From Eledone cirrhosa (Eukaryota), in the NCBI GenBank assembly GCA_964016885.1, contig OZ024744.1, forward strand, positions 44,702,001 through 44,766,000: a stretch of DNA of 64,000 bases. Direction: 5' to 3'. The notes under the pieces are model-generated. The model saw only the letters and a list, made by a program, of their open reading frames with translations. It was not told the origin of the DNA and did not search any database. Of the stretch, positions 36,701 through 48,893 are shown one piece after another. Each line of letters starts with the position of its first letter. The first letter of the stretch is position 1. A program made the translations under genes and the position numbers.

Positions 36701-37399
36701 CAAAACGAAGTGGTTGAAGCACCATATCTACAAGGAGGAGGCTAGCCCACTGTGCAGGATCTGTGGAGAGAGAGAGGAGACTGTGGCTCACATTGTGTCC
36801 GAGTGTAAACACCTAGCCCAGACCCACTATAAGGGCTGGAGACACGATGTGATGGGCAGGGTGATCCACTGGCACCTGTGCAAAGTAAACAATCTACCAC
36901 ATTCTGAGAAATGGTATGAGCATAGGCCAGAGGCGGTGATGGAGAACAGTCAGGTGAAGGTGCTGTGGGATTTTAGGATACAGACGGACAAAAAACTGGA
37001 ACACAATAGACCTGACCTGGTGGTTGTGGACAAAGAAAAAAGATCGTGCCTGATTGTGGATGTGGCCTGCCCGTTCGACACGAGAGTGCAAGAGAAGGAG
37101 AGGGAGAAAATTAACCGATACCAGGACCTAAAGTGGGAGGTGAAAAGGATTTGGAACTGCCATGAAGTCAAAGTGATCCCGATTGTCATAGGCGCACTGG
37201 GGACTATCTCCAAAGGTTTCCAGGGATGGTTAAAGAAAATCGGCCCCTTCACGCTTTTTGGAACGCTTCAAAAGGCATGCTTGCTTGGAACGGCAAGAAC
37301 CCTCCGATACGTCCTGAATATCTGAGGTTGCAGGTAGTGGCTTGATATTCAATCCAACGGACTTTCCAGTTAACCAACATCAATGACTGAGATTCAAGG
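33755..37399 (+). mobile_element. R4/Dong-like non-LTR retrotransposon family B, apparently full-length copy
   Basis: Short 5' UTR, single intact ORF, ~70-bp 3' UTR running into (TAA/CAA)n. Confidence 0.92.
33933..37325 (+). CDS. Intact 1130-aa RT + CCHC + RLE endonuclease protein (R4 clade)
   Basis: N-terminal [95 protein letters not shown]. Confidence 0.93.
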   Translation: METRTSCDRLSPNRCPLAQQQEPDCQPNTADVGGRRRRKGARTNWTKELNRTVMQCYLKSNPKERGYRRRMHNIWNEIGLFKLNEQKLAGQARVIRTNGWISELELEELSRENGLEMAGVVCQTSEPAGNEGEEVLRTEEPPEADNDLNTEINNTWNRDTATEEMNADGLGQDSVDILNLVVDELNNDSGRPMNLRFVDRKKLKETTAKVNKVIPYLEARSLHQCNNILKATANTVRKLLGIKARGNNRQERAEPWWKKRLSGQIEEMRNDIGKLESLLNGTLKNIGTKNRLEIKYKTRSKKLNIIIEELKQRIVAKSAKIRRYENRVSQYKQNRMFDNNQKMLFGQLEGKERGNDLIPGAEQAKTFWRGIWEQDVRHNAQAGWIETVQREIGEQAQQQTDLSITVETLKGQAKKLTNWKSPGPDGVQGYWIKHLTSLHPKLTAMFNDCLVSGEVPEWLTKGTTVLIMKDRIKGNDVTNYRPITCLPVMWKLLTSIVSEEIYHHLHTNNLLPDEQKGCRKKSRGTKDQLLIDKMVMGNCRRRHTDLAMGWIDYRKAFDMVPHSWISKSLEIFRVADNIRQLLGRSMGSWETELTSTGVSLGSVKIKRGIFQGDSLSPLLFVLALMPLTIMLRKVRAGYKLGRGELTINHLLFMDDLKLFGKSEKELDVLVDTVRIFSSDICMQFGIGKCGVIVMRRGRLSRSNGIQIPTGEMIKEIDSEEGYKYLGVLEADGIKNKKMKELLRTEYIRRVRSVLKSHLNSRNAISAVNSRAVSIIRYSAGILRWNVAEQKEMDRKTRKLLTIYNMFHKRSDVDRLYLRRSEGGRGLISIEDCVQMEKNNLYKYVTYSKEPMLRAVLKEGTVGQGISKEEITSRRKSSLKGKFLHSTFFEKTEFRDPQTWNWLRRGDLKKATEGMLMAAQEQALKTKWLKHHIYKEEASPLCRICGEREETVAHIVSECKHLAQTHYKGWRHDVMGRVIHWHLCKVNNLPHSEKWYEHRPEAVMENSQVKVLWDFRIQTDKKLEHNRPDLVVVDKEKRSCLIVDVACPFDTRVQEKEREKINRYQDLKWEVKRIWNCHEVKVIPIVIGALGTISKGFQGWLKKIGPFTLFGTLQKACLLGTARTLRYVLNI

Positions 37400-37429
37400 A
37401 ATAACAATAACAATAATAATAATAATAAT

Positions 37430-40400
37430 GATTTCTTTATTAACCACAAGGGTTTACATAAAGTAGACATTAAGGAGAGTGCAGGACAATACAGTACGGT
37501 ACAAATGGGCATTTCTGCGTGTAAAAAACAAAAACAGAGGATGTAACAAAACAAATAACAATGAAAAATTCCCCAATAGAGGGGAGACTTCGGAGGGACA
37601 TTTGTGGAGAAAGCCCATTAAAAGGCCACAGTGACCCTGACGACCAGGGCAAGTGCTCTCTCCCAGTTTTCCACCTTTAATTTACAGACACATACTCAGA
37701 GTAGGCCCATTCACTCGGCCATACTTGCTTCTCTCACCCATCTTTCAACAAAATGCTGGGAAGATAGCACTTCCGTCCTACACGTGACAGCAGGTGTTCG
37801 ACATAAACCCACAAGTCAGCAATGCTCGGACACTGGACGAGTGCGTGCAGGACGGTTTCGTCGCCCTGCACGCATCTCGGACATTCCCGGCTGACGGCAC
37901 CTCCATGCCTGTAGAGTTTATCCCGAACTGGCAAAGCTCCTCGGTAGCTCTGCCAGGCCAGGGATTTCTGGAAGTTGTCCATAGGCCCCGGCCCGAAAGC
38001 CCTTCCAAAGAGATTGGCTAGTTGATTTTCGTCGAGGCCTAGAGTTTCTCCAAGTACGTCTTCGCTCTTCCTCCCCACTAATCCTCTATAGAACGCCAAG
38101 GTGGAGTTTCCACCGATCACATTTCCCGATTGGTCGAGGGTTGTGAGCGCCTGAAGACATTCCAGTCTCCAAGCGCTCCCTCTCGGTCTTCGCTTGACCC
38201 AGGACTGCAGCTCCGTCAAGGAGACGAGCTGGGGAAAGACGCGTCTAGCAAACGGCGACCACACCTGATCACCGTCGAGGAAGAGGTGGAGATGTCGTAG
38301 CCTGAGCGCGTGTCTGCGCATCATCTGCCACGGCATACCCAGCCCTCCACGTAGCGGGTGTTGACAACAGATGGACCGCCTGACCATCGGAGCGCGTCCC
38401 TTCCACAAAAAGCGTAAGAGCAAACGCTCCAGCGCAGTCAGGCGGGGCTTAGGACAAGGTACGACGGTCAGGTGACGGACACGATGTACGCGTTAGCCAC
38501 CTCCGCTCGACCTTTCAGGGATAGCTTCCTCTCCGCCCATTTCTGGGTGAGAGAAGCCACCCTGCTCGTCACCTCATCCCAGTTTTTGTCCGTCTGGAGG
38601 TCCGGACCGAACCAGACCCCTAGCAATTTAACCGGTACGTCGGTCCAGGGCCCGACGACGCTGTTGTACGGCATGGACCTGCCTCTCCAGGTGCCGAGCT
38701 GCTGGCCCACTGACTTTTCCTGGTTGATCATTGCTCCTGTCACCGCTTCGTATTCTCTTAGTGTAGTGCCGATCGCCTCGATATGTTTGGCGTTCGACAC
38801 CACTACGGTGACATCGTCCGCATATGCTGACACGGATCTTCCGCATCCTAGTTCGCGCACGACCCCCCTCAACGTCTCCAGTTTGTACAGTAATGGCTCG
38901 AGAGTCAATACGTACAAGAGGGACGAGAGGGGACATCCTTGGCGAACCGAGCGAATGATGTCGAACGGTTCCGAAAGGTGACCGTTCACTCTCACCACAG
39001 AGCAGATGTCGCTGTGCATGGCAGCGATCCAGCCTCTGAAGACGGGCCCAAAGCCAGCCGCCCTCAGGACTGCCGCTATGTAACGATGGTCGACCCAATC
39101 GAAAACTTTCAACTGATCTAAATTGATCAAGGACCCACCCGTGCCAGGTTCCCTAGCTACCCTCTCTACGATGTATCGCATGAGGTCGAGGTTGTCGTGG
39201 ATGGATCTGTCGGGAATGTTATCGCCCTTGTTCGGATCCTTTCTCAGCAGCGCCACAGCTCCTCGGCTCACAGAGCTGGGAATTCTCCCGTTCTGTTGCG
39301 AGTTGCAGTGGACGTCCGCCAAGAGGCTTCCGAACAAATTTGGCGTCTGTACGTAAAGTTCATAGGGCAGACCATCCAAACCAGGCGATTTACGTCTTGT
39401 GCAGCCAGTCATTGCCTCCCGTACTTCAGCGGCTGTTATCGGCTTTTCGCAACACTCCGCCTCAGTGGCCGGGAGCCGCGGCAGTCCCTCAAGATAGACA
39501 CTAAAGTCCATCCCTCGATTCGGCCCGCCGCTGCCCCCGAACAGCTGGGCGAAGTGTCGCTGGAAAGCTTCACGCATTTTCCCGGGATCGAGTAGCATGC
39601 GCCCGTCGTGGTCCACCAAAGACCGGATCGTGGCTTTGTTGCCACGACGCGCCTCCGTCATTCGGGCCCATTGAACGGCTTTCGTCACCTTGTGTCTGAG
39701 AGTACGCACTCTAGCTCTGACAACGCAGCCTTCGTGCTTTGCATTGAAGAATTGATCAAGGGCCAATTTCGCCGCAAGTACGTCGGTCGCGATGCCTTTG
39801 CTAAGCGCCTCGTCTAATTTTCTAACTCGTTCTCCCTCTGCTCTATTTTTCTCTATTGCTATAGCCTTACTAAATCTAATGGACTCTATTCTAATCGCTC
39901 TTTTCTGAGCAAACCACCACTTGTAGTTGACGATGGCCCCCGTCAACGCTCGCTTAACTAGTTCGCTAATCCGGTCTCTGTAGGCCTTGCGCGCTGGTAA
40001 GGACGCGTTTAGCTTCCACTAGCCGGGTCCTCGTCTATGAAGCCTATCTAAGTCTAGCACACAGATCACGAATTTGTGGTCCGTGTGGCTGACTATCTTG
40101 AATTGTGGACAGCCCATTCTAGACCTATCTATTTCCCTACAAAATACTGTATCTAGATATTATCTGGATGACCCTATGCGATTTGTCCAAGTCCACATTG
40201 GCACATCGGGAAATCCAATCGGTACCTGTCAGACAGTTCAAAACGCCTGAGCAGGTTGGTTAAGGCTCTTGCACCCTCCTCCCCTATCTGCTAATGCCAC
40301 ACAGTCCCAGCGTGCATCTAAGATCCCTTTCCAGTCGCCCACTAACACTAAAGAGCGGGACGTTCCAAGAAAAGTCTCCAGACGCCAGAAGAAATCAGGC

Positions 40401-43004
40401 CGCCCTGCTCCTGTCGGGGCATAGACGGCCACTAGCCTGAAAGCTTGCCCGTCTCCGCTGGTCACATCCAGCACCACCAACTTACCTTCTGGATCCAGGA
40501 AGATGACCCGTATGGCGAGATCCAAACCTCTCCGAAAAAGCAAAGCAACTCGACCCACCCCGATCCCGGACGGCTGGGAGATGCGTACACATCGTAGCCG
40601 CCGAAGATCGGTGCGAAGGCCCGTGCTTCGGAGATTCTGGTCTCGCTGATGGCCACTACATCTATGTTTAGTGACCTGAGGTCGTTGAGCAGGTGGCCCT
40701 GCTTCCATGACGACCCCAAGCCACGCGCATTTATGCTGCCGATTCTGAGTGAGGTCATGTTGAAATGGAGTGGAAAAGATGGGAAAGACCACTTACCTTA
40801 CTTCTCGTAGAGGAAGGATGGTTTGTCCATCCTTTTCACTGCTTGTGGCCTCCTCAGGAAGGATGTCCTTATAAATCCTCCAGGAGAGTGCTTGTTGGAA
40901 GCCTCCCATGTCTTTGGGGAATTTTTGTTTTAGTGTCGTGTACGTTTTCTGTGTGATGCGAGTGATTTGTATGTGTGGAGGCGGTGTAAACTTTTGGGTT
41001 GTTGTGTAGTTTTTTTCTGTCATGCTGGTGTTGTGTTGGATGTAGTGTAATAATTGGTTGTTGTTGAAATAAATTGCTGTGTAGTGTGTATCGTTTTGGT
41101 TGTTTTGTTTTGTTTGCGTTTGTTGTGGGTTTGTTTCTGTTTCGCTTTTTGGTGACTTTTGTGGTGTAGGTGATGGTGGTGTTGGGGTTAATGATGGTGA
41201 TGGTGTTGGTGTTTGTGGTGATGGGGTTGGTGATGCTGGTGTGGATGGTGGCATATCTGTCCTAAATTTTTTGTTTGATAGTTTATGTTTCCCTCTGTAT
41301 TTTGTTTTTGGAGGGGGAAGGAAGAGAATTTTTTCTTTTTTGGTTTCGTTTTTCTTTTTTCCTGATACCCTTTCCAACTCCTCGTCGTCACAATCTGTCT
41401 CCAGTTGTGATAGGCCGGGGAGTGGAAAATCCTCCACAGGCGTTGGTTTTGGTTGTGGCGTGGTGGATGGTGTAGGCGCTGGTGCTAGTTCAGGCGCGTT
41501 GGGTTGTGGTGGTGTTGGTTTTACTACTGTTGCTGGGGTTGTTGCTGTTACAGTTGCTACTCTTGTTGCTGCTACAGTTGTTGCTGCCATCTCTGCTGCT
41601 GGTGGTGTTGATAGTTGAGTCACTGGGGTGGGTAGGAGAGGTGGCCTCAACCTTTTAGCCTGAGGGAAGAAAGCCCTTAGGTGGGTTCCTTCACCACAAA
41701 CGACACACCAAGGCCTTCTGCCCTCGACAATTACGGTGAGGTGGTTGCCATCAGTGAGGTCTATTACCTCTGGGATCTCCTCAATGCTTTTTTGGTCCGC
41801 TTGGATCAGGAGCTCCATCCCAGATCCGGGCCAGTTCTCCTGCTTTTCTTTCGCTATTTCGATTATCTTGGTGTTGGCTTCGATGCCGGCGAGGACGGCA
41901 GCTATTAGCCAGGGAATTTCGATGGCCGGTGGAACGTGGGTGACCCTGATCTTTACGAGTCTCTGGCCACAATAGCTTGGGACGAGTGTGAAGTCGTCAC
42001 TTGTTAATAGGGCCATGGAGTGTTATCTAGCCTCCTGTGGGGTTTCAAAGAACACGTGCACGGTTCCATATTTCTGCCCACGTCTGATGTGGGATTTTTT
42101 TGCCCACACATGTCCCAAAGCTTTTTGGATTTGGGACTCGGATGCCCGTTCCACTTGGCGCGATTTTATATTAATTGTAAGACACGGTGCATAGGCGCCG
42201 AAGCTCCATTTTATTAGGTGTGTGTGTGTGTGTGTGTGTTGAGGCTGACGCAGTACCCATCTTTCTTTACCATTTTTGTGGCTTCTTCTAATTGCTCCTG
42301 AGTTACCTGAAATGCTTCGCACTGTTTTGCTACTCTGGCAAAAACTCAGGGTGGTTTTCTTAGTTTCATTGTTGCTGTTGTTGTTATCGTTATTTTTGTT
42401 ATTATAAATTTTAGTTTCAGTTGTGGTGGTGGTGGCGTCAGTGGTGTTCGGTGTGGAAGAGTTCATTTTGGTTGAATTCATTTCGATATCTCGAGTTAAT
42501 TTATTTTTTAATTTTATTTCTGTTGTCGCAGTGGTGGTAGTGTTGGGGGTTGTCGCGGTGGTGGTGGGGGTTGTCGCAGTGGTGGTAGGGGTTGTCGCGG
42601 TGGTGGTGGTGGTGGCGGCTTTAACACCTGCAGTCATTGGTAATGTCGGGAAATGAATGTCTGCCTGAGACAAATTTAAAATATTGCTACTGCTTATATT
42701 TTTAGTGTTGGCAAACGTAGTAATATTTACAATGGTGGTGTCGGTGTGAGGTGTTAGTTTGTGAGGAAGTAGTGGACTGTGTCATCCATGATTTTTCAAA
42801 GAAAAATTTTTGTTTGATAATTATAAAAGTTTAAATTTTGGGCTCAATGCCCCAATCTTTTTGGGTGTCCTTTTCAGATAACAATGTATGTGCACTTATA
42901 TAGAGTTAACAATATAACATTTTCCATGAATGGGAATTTTAAACAACTGAAAATAACAAACCTTTGCGGAGCTCACGATGATACGATTTACTACGTAGGC
43001 CGCC
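37430..43004 (-). mobile_element. Tx1-like (L1 clade) LINE T1, full-length but decayed
   Basis: ORF1 42673->40793 (one stop, degenerate zinc knuckle CVVCGEGTHLRAFFP). ORF2 from 40758 (SINARGL, YAPT, GDW, KSPGLDGLPYE, RQGCPLS, YADD, CPRC..ETVLHAL). The 3' end is AATAAAGAAATC+(ATT)n and the 5' end GG directly after TTATT. Confidence 0.9.
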
Positions 43005-43034
43005 AATAATAATAATATTAATAATAATAATAAT

Positions 43035-46000
43035 GATTTCATTTATTGGCCACAAGGGCCGACATATAGGGGACAATACAAAAGACTGGGAAAGTTGGGT
43101 TTTACAGAAAAATCGAGTAAACAATATGAATAACAATAACAAAGTAACAATAACAGAGTAACAATAAAGTAACAATAAAGTTACAAGAAAAAATTCCCCA
43201 ATAGGGGGGATGACCACCTAGGGTTCGATCAGGTACCTCACCAGTCCTGAACGACCCGACGCTTCGAGAGCACCCTGGAATGGCACCCCTCTCCTATTCA
43301 AATTTACCTACCTACAGCCGCACGACCAGAGTAGGCCCACTCACACGGGCCATTCTCGCCACATTCACCCACCTTTCAGCAAATGTACTGGGGGGGGCAG
43401 CACTTCTCTCTCCACCCTCACCTTCCTTTCCAAGTGAAACTTGAAAAAGTTGATAAGGGATTGGCCGAAGAGAAAAGTGTCTGTGTTCAATCCTTTCAAC
43501 CTCGTCCACCATACAACCTCTTTCGCTCCTGCCACCAGACAGAGGAAAATTGCCTGCCCTTCCTGGCCAAAAGAAGGCGGCGGGTCGATCTTCACTATGG
43601 ACTCGGCCGATAGCCGGATCCGTTCTACACGCGACAACAGCTGTTCAACATAACTCCACAAGTCAGTAATGCACGGACACTGGACGAGTGCGTGCAGAAC
43701 GGTTTCGTCGCTCTGCGCGCATCTCGGGGAGGTCCTCCTGAAAGCACTTCCATGCCTGTAGAGTTTATCTCGAACCGGCAGTGCCCCCCGGTAGCACTGC
43801 CAACGAGGGATTTTTGGAAATTATCCATCGTCCCCGGCTCGAAAGACTTCCGGTACAGACTGGTTAGTTCGACTTCGTTGACTCCCAGAGCCTCTCCGAG
43901 TGCGTCGTCGCACTTGCCCACCACTAATCCTCTATAGAACTCGAGAGTGGAAGTTCCACTGATCGCATTGCCCGCCTCGTAGAGGGCGATGAGTGCCTTG
44001 CAACATTCCAGATGCCAGTCACCCAGTCTCGGTCTCTTCTTGACCCAGGACTGCAACTTAGTCAAAGAAACGAGCTGCGGAAAGGCCCGTCTGACAAACG
44101 GCGACCACACCTGTTCACCGTTTAGGCAGAATATCTGGAGATACCGCTGCCTCAGCGCGTGCCTGCGCATCATTAGCCACGGCATGCCCAGCCCTCCACG
44201 TAGAGGGTGCTGGCCGCATATGGACCGCCTCACCAGCGGAACCTGACCCCTCCACAAGAATTTGAAGAGGAGCCGCTCCAAGATAGCGAGGCGCGAACGG
44301 GGGCAAGGAACGACAGTCAGACGGTAGTAGATGACGGACGCGATGTACGCGTTCGCCACCTCCGCCCGACCTTTCAGTGATAGCTTCATCCCAGCCCATT
44401 TCTGGGTGAGACTGACTACTCTGCCCGTCACCTCGTCCCAATTCTTATCCATCTGGAGGTTTGGCCCGAACCAAACCTCTAGCAACTTTACCGGTCCGTC
44501 CGTCCATCGCCTAACGACGCTGTTAGACGGCATGGACTTGCCTCTCCAGGTGCCGAGTTGCAAGCCCACTGACTTTTCCAGGTTAAGTTTTGCTCCCGTC
44601 AACCTTTCATATTCCTCCAATAAGTTGCCGACCACCTCGATTTCTGAGGTGTCCGACACCATCACGGTGATGTCGTCCGCTTAAGCCGACACAGCCTTTC
44701 CGCTTTCCGGTTCGAGCGGGATGCCCTGTAACAGCTCCAGCTTCCGCAGTAAAAGCTCGAGAGTCAATACGTACAGAAGGGAGGAGAGAGGGCACCCTTG
44801 ACGACCGATCGGGAGACCTGAAACGGTTCCGAGAGGTGGCCATTAATTTTGACCATCGAGCAGGTGCCGCTGTGCATTGCAGCGATCCAGCTTCTGAAGA
44901 CGGGGCCGAAGCCAGCCGCCTTGAGGATAGCCTCCAGGTACCGATCGTCGACCCTATCGAATGCTTTCGATTGATCTAAATTGATCAGAGCCCCACCGAA
45001 GCCAGGTTTACACCCTACCCTCTCTATGATGTATCGCATGAGGTGGAGGTTGTCGTGTATGGACCTGGTTGGGATTGCGCAAGTTTGCGGTTCTCCAACC
45101 AAATCCCCGACGACAAGCGCCAACCTCTTCGCTAACACCATGGCCAAAATCTTAAACTCTGTGTTGAGCAGAGTTATGGGCCTGAAATTGTCTAATGTGT
45201 CCCTCTTATTCTCGTCTTTCCTTATCAGCGTCACTACGCCCCGGCTCACAGAATTGGGAATACTCCCGTTTTGCTGCCAGTTGCAGTAGAGGGCTTCGAG
45301 GAGATTTGAGAACAAGTCTGGCATATTTACGTAAAGCTCGTAGGGCAGACCATCCAAACCGGGTGACTTGCGCCTCATGCAGCCGACAAGAGCATCCTGA
45401 ATCTTGGCTGAAGTAATTGGCCTTTCGCAGCGCCCAGCGTCAGCCGTTGAGAGTTGCGGCAAGCCATCGAGGTAGGGACTGAAGTCCGCCACCATCTCTG
45501 ACCCGTCACTTCCCCCGAACAACCGAACAAAATGTTGGCGAAAGGCCTCACACATCCTCTTGGAATCTCTCAGCTCGTGCCCGTCTCGGTCCGTCAAAGA
45601 CCGAATCGTGGTTTTATTTTCACGCTGTGCCTCTGCCACGCGGGCCCATCGAACAGCTTTGGTTCCCTCGTTTCTCAGAGCACGCGCCTTAGCTCTGACA
45701 ATGCAACCTTCGTGTTTCGCATTGAAGAAATGGTCTAATGCCATTATCGCCGCTAGCACATCAGTTGCAATACCACTACCAATAGCTTCGTCTAACTTAT
45801 CTACCAACTCCCCCTCCTTTCTATTTTTCTCTAATGCTACTTCTTTGCTAAACTCTATCGACATTACTCTTATCTCTCTGTTGAGAGTCCCCCACCATCT
45901 ATTGTTGACGACTACCCATGTCAACTTTTTCTTAACTAAATTGTTGACCTGGTCCCTGTAAGCCTTACGTGCCGGAAATGACATGTTTAGCTTCTAGTAA

Positions 46001-47040
46001 CCAGGTCCTAACCTACGCGTCTTATCTAGGTCGACCATACAGATCACAAACTTGTGATCTGAATAGGCGACCGTTTCAAAACGTGGACAGCTTCCACTAT
46101 TTCTGTCTATTTTCCTAATGAATATCCTGTCTATATACGATCTAGATGACCCTATGCGGTTAGCCCAGGTCCACACTGGTGCATTAGGGAAATCTAGTCG
46201 GTACCTGTCAGACACTTGGAACTGGCTGATCAGGTTCTTGAGGCTTTTGCACCCCCCTCTCCTATCGGCTACTCCCACACAGTCCCAGCGTGCATCTAAG
46301 ATGCCATTCCAGTCTCCCGCTAACAGTAAAGGGCGAGACGTACCCAGAAAGGCTTCCAGGCGTCTAAAGAAGTCCGACCGTCCTGCCCCAGTAGGAGCAT
46401 AGACGGCCACCAGTCTAAAAGCACCACCTTCATTATTGTTCATGTCCAGGACCACCAACTTCCCGTCCAGGTCCCAGAAGATCGAACGTACCTCGAGATC
46501 CAGACCTTTCCTAGACAGCACTGTCACCTCGCCTCCCATTCCCGGCCGGCTAACAGATGCAAAGATCTGATAGTAGTCGAAAATGGGGGCTAGTGCGCGC
46601 GTGTCGGAAATCCTGGTCTCGCTGACTGAAATTACATCCATTTCTATAGACCTGAGGTCGTTGAGCATGTCCCCCTGCTTCCAGGACGATCCCAGGCCTC
46701 GAACATTTAAACTTCCTACTCTTAATACGGCCATGTTGGCAGGTTAAACAGAGAGAGAGGAAGGTTTACTTACCTTCCGGGCTCTTGTAAAGGTCGGGTT
46801 GTCCGACATCCATAGTTAGTGGGATTTCTTTCGGGAACCCCTTTAAAAGTCTTGAAGTGGGTTTTACGTTCGGTGTTCCCACGTCCCGAGGAAAGCTGTC
46901 TCGTATTTCTTTGAATATGTCGAGCGACATTAGCACCAGAACCAAATCTTCAGGCACGCGAATTGTGCTCGATTTAAAAATTTCCCCCTCTTTTTGTATA
47001 TTTTCACTTCGTGCTACGAGGGCCATCATTTCCTTATTGG
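43035..47040 (-). mobile_element. Tx1-like LINE T2 (ORF2 plus end of ORF1; 5' part missing)
   Basis: ORF2 fragments 46734->43312 (SLNVRGL, YAPT, GDWN, SYIDRIF, SDH, NFRPITLLN, DQSKAFDRV); same 3' terminus into (TTA)n. Confidence 0.9.
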
Positions 47041-47486
47041 CGATCAGGTGAAGGTGCTGTGGGATTTTAGGATACAGACGGACAAGAAACTAGAACACAA
47101 TATACCTGACATGGTGGTTTTGGACAAGGAAAAAAGATCGTGTCTGATTGTGGATGTGGCCTGCCCATTCGACACGAGAGTGCAAGAGAAGTAGAGGGAG
47201 AACATTAACCGATACCAGGATTTAAAGTGGGAGGTAAAAAGGATTTGGAACTGCCATAAAGTCAAAGTGGTCCCGATTGTCATAGGCTCACTAGGTACTA
47301 TATCAAAAAGTTTCCAGAGATGGTTAAAGAAAATTGGCCTCTTCACGCTTTTTGGAACGCTTCAAAAGGCATGGTTTCTGGGAACAGCAAGAACCCTCCG
47401 TTACGTCCTGAATATCTAAGGTTGCAGGTAGTGGCTTGATATTAATTTCAACAAACTTTCCAGTTAACATCAATGACTGAGAATCA
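47041..47486 (+). mobile_element. Family B 3' fragment
   Basis: Homologous to 36948-37399; followed by (TAA)n. Confidence 0.9.
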
Positions 47487-47523
47487 AATAATAATAACAA
47501 TAATAATAATAATAATAATAATA

Positions 47524-47777
47524 AGATTTGGAACTGCCATGAAGTCAAAGTGATCCCGATTGTCATAGGCGCACTGGGGACTATCTCCAAAGGTTTCCAG
47601 GGATGGTTAAAGAAAATCGGCCCCTTCACGCTTTTTGGAACGCTTCAAAAGGCATGCTTGCTTGGAACAGCAAGAACCCTCCGATACGTCCTGAATATCT
47701 GAGGCTGCAGGTAGTGGCTTGATATTCAATCCAACGGACTTTCCAGTTAACCAACATCAATGACTGAGATTCAAGGA
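47524..47777 (+). mobile_element. Family B short 3' fragment between (TAA)n tracts
   Basis: Near-identical to 37148-37399. Confidence 0.9.
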
Positions 47778-47788
47778 ATAACAATGGC

Positions 47789-47880
<92 letters not shown>

Positions 47881-47904
47881 GGGAATAATAAGAAGGGAAG
47901 AAGA

Positions 47905-48890
47905 CGCACGAGGTGGTAGAAGGTCATGAAATCGCTCCCGTAAGTTTTTGATTTTTAACATATTTAAATCTATTGTGAAATAACAATTCTTAGTACAAAT
48001 GTTGCATAAACCACCGAATGAGGTCCCATAAAGTTTCGGATCCATATTATATTGTTGTATCGCTCAAATATTCAATTTTGTATTATATATTTTGTATTCA
48101 AAAAAAGAAAATGGTTATAAATGGAAGAAAACACCCTCTGTCTACACTATATAGAACAGCCAAATAACAGCAATTTCACCAACACGAGAAACTTGATACA
48201 CCACCTATCCCATCACACTAAATATAACAGCCAGATAACGGCAATTTCACCACCACCACCATCAATCCCAGCATCATAATAATAATTACTATTATTATTG
48301 TCTCAAATTTTAACAATGTTTAATTCCAATTTTACGGGAATATGTCAACACAATATATAATAAAAATATATATTAAACATACGAACACAAACTCATAGAT
48401 ACTACATGTCAGTAACCACAACGCCACCGCTGCCACCACCCCACCCCATCCATCACTGCTACCACTATCCCATCGCCGCCGCCACCACTCTTTCATTGCT
48501 ACCACCACTATTCCCCTGTTAACTTGAGAGAGAAAGGGGAAGGTGGCGGTATCACTAGACAAGGGAGAGGCTAGCGAAAGATATAAATAGATTGACTTAG
48601 TGACCTGGCCACCGGCCAAACGTCAACATCAACAACTATGGGACTGCTGGCTCACCCCTTCCTCACCAACAATATAAAAAGCCCCGGCACCACCACCGAC
48701 ATAGCCAACAACAATAACAGCCAACTACAACAAAAAGTATATTATATTATTGTAATGCACTGGGTGATTGCTGGCCTTGTGCCTGGAGTGGAGACAGTTA
48801 TTAATAATTTCTTTCTTAGCCACGCAATGCTCACATTAAGGAACCACTCATGATAATAACAATTTAAAAAAAACAACAAAAAGAAAACCC
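47905..48890. repeat. Non-coding unit X (copy 2)
   Basis: gcacgaggtggtagaaggtcatgaaatcgctcccgtaag, ataaatggaagaa, ctacactatata and CAC-rich tracts shared with 32559-33750; follows (TAA)n. Confidence 0.75.
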
Positions 48891-48893
48891 CGT

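Noticed and set aside
39215-39240. T1 RT lacking the FRPITLLN..AQTCA segment as a novel short RT
   Set aside because: Copy-specific in-frame deletion; T2 and T3 retain the segment.
41100-42656. Plus-strand G/V-rich ORFs over the Tx1 ORF1 (and similar antisense ORFs throughout 29-61 kb)
   Set aside because: Antisense shadows of low-complexity or coding TE sequence.
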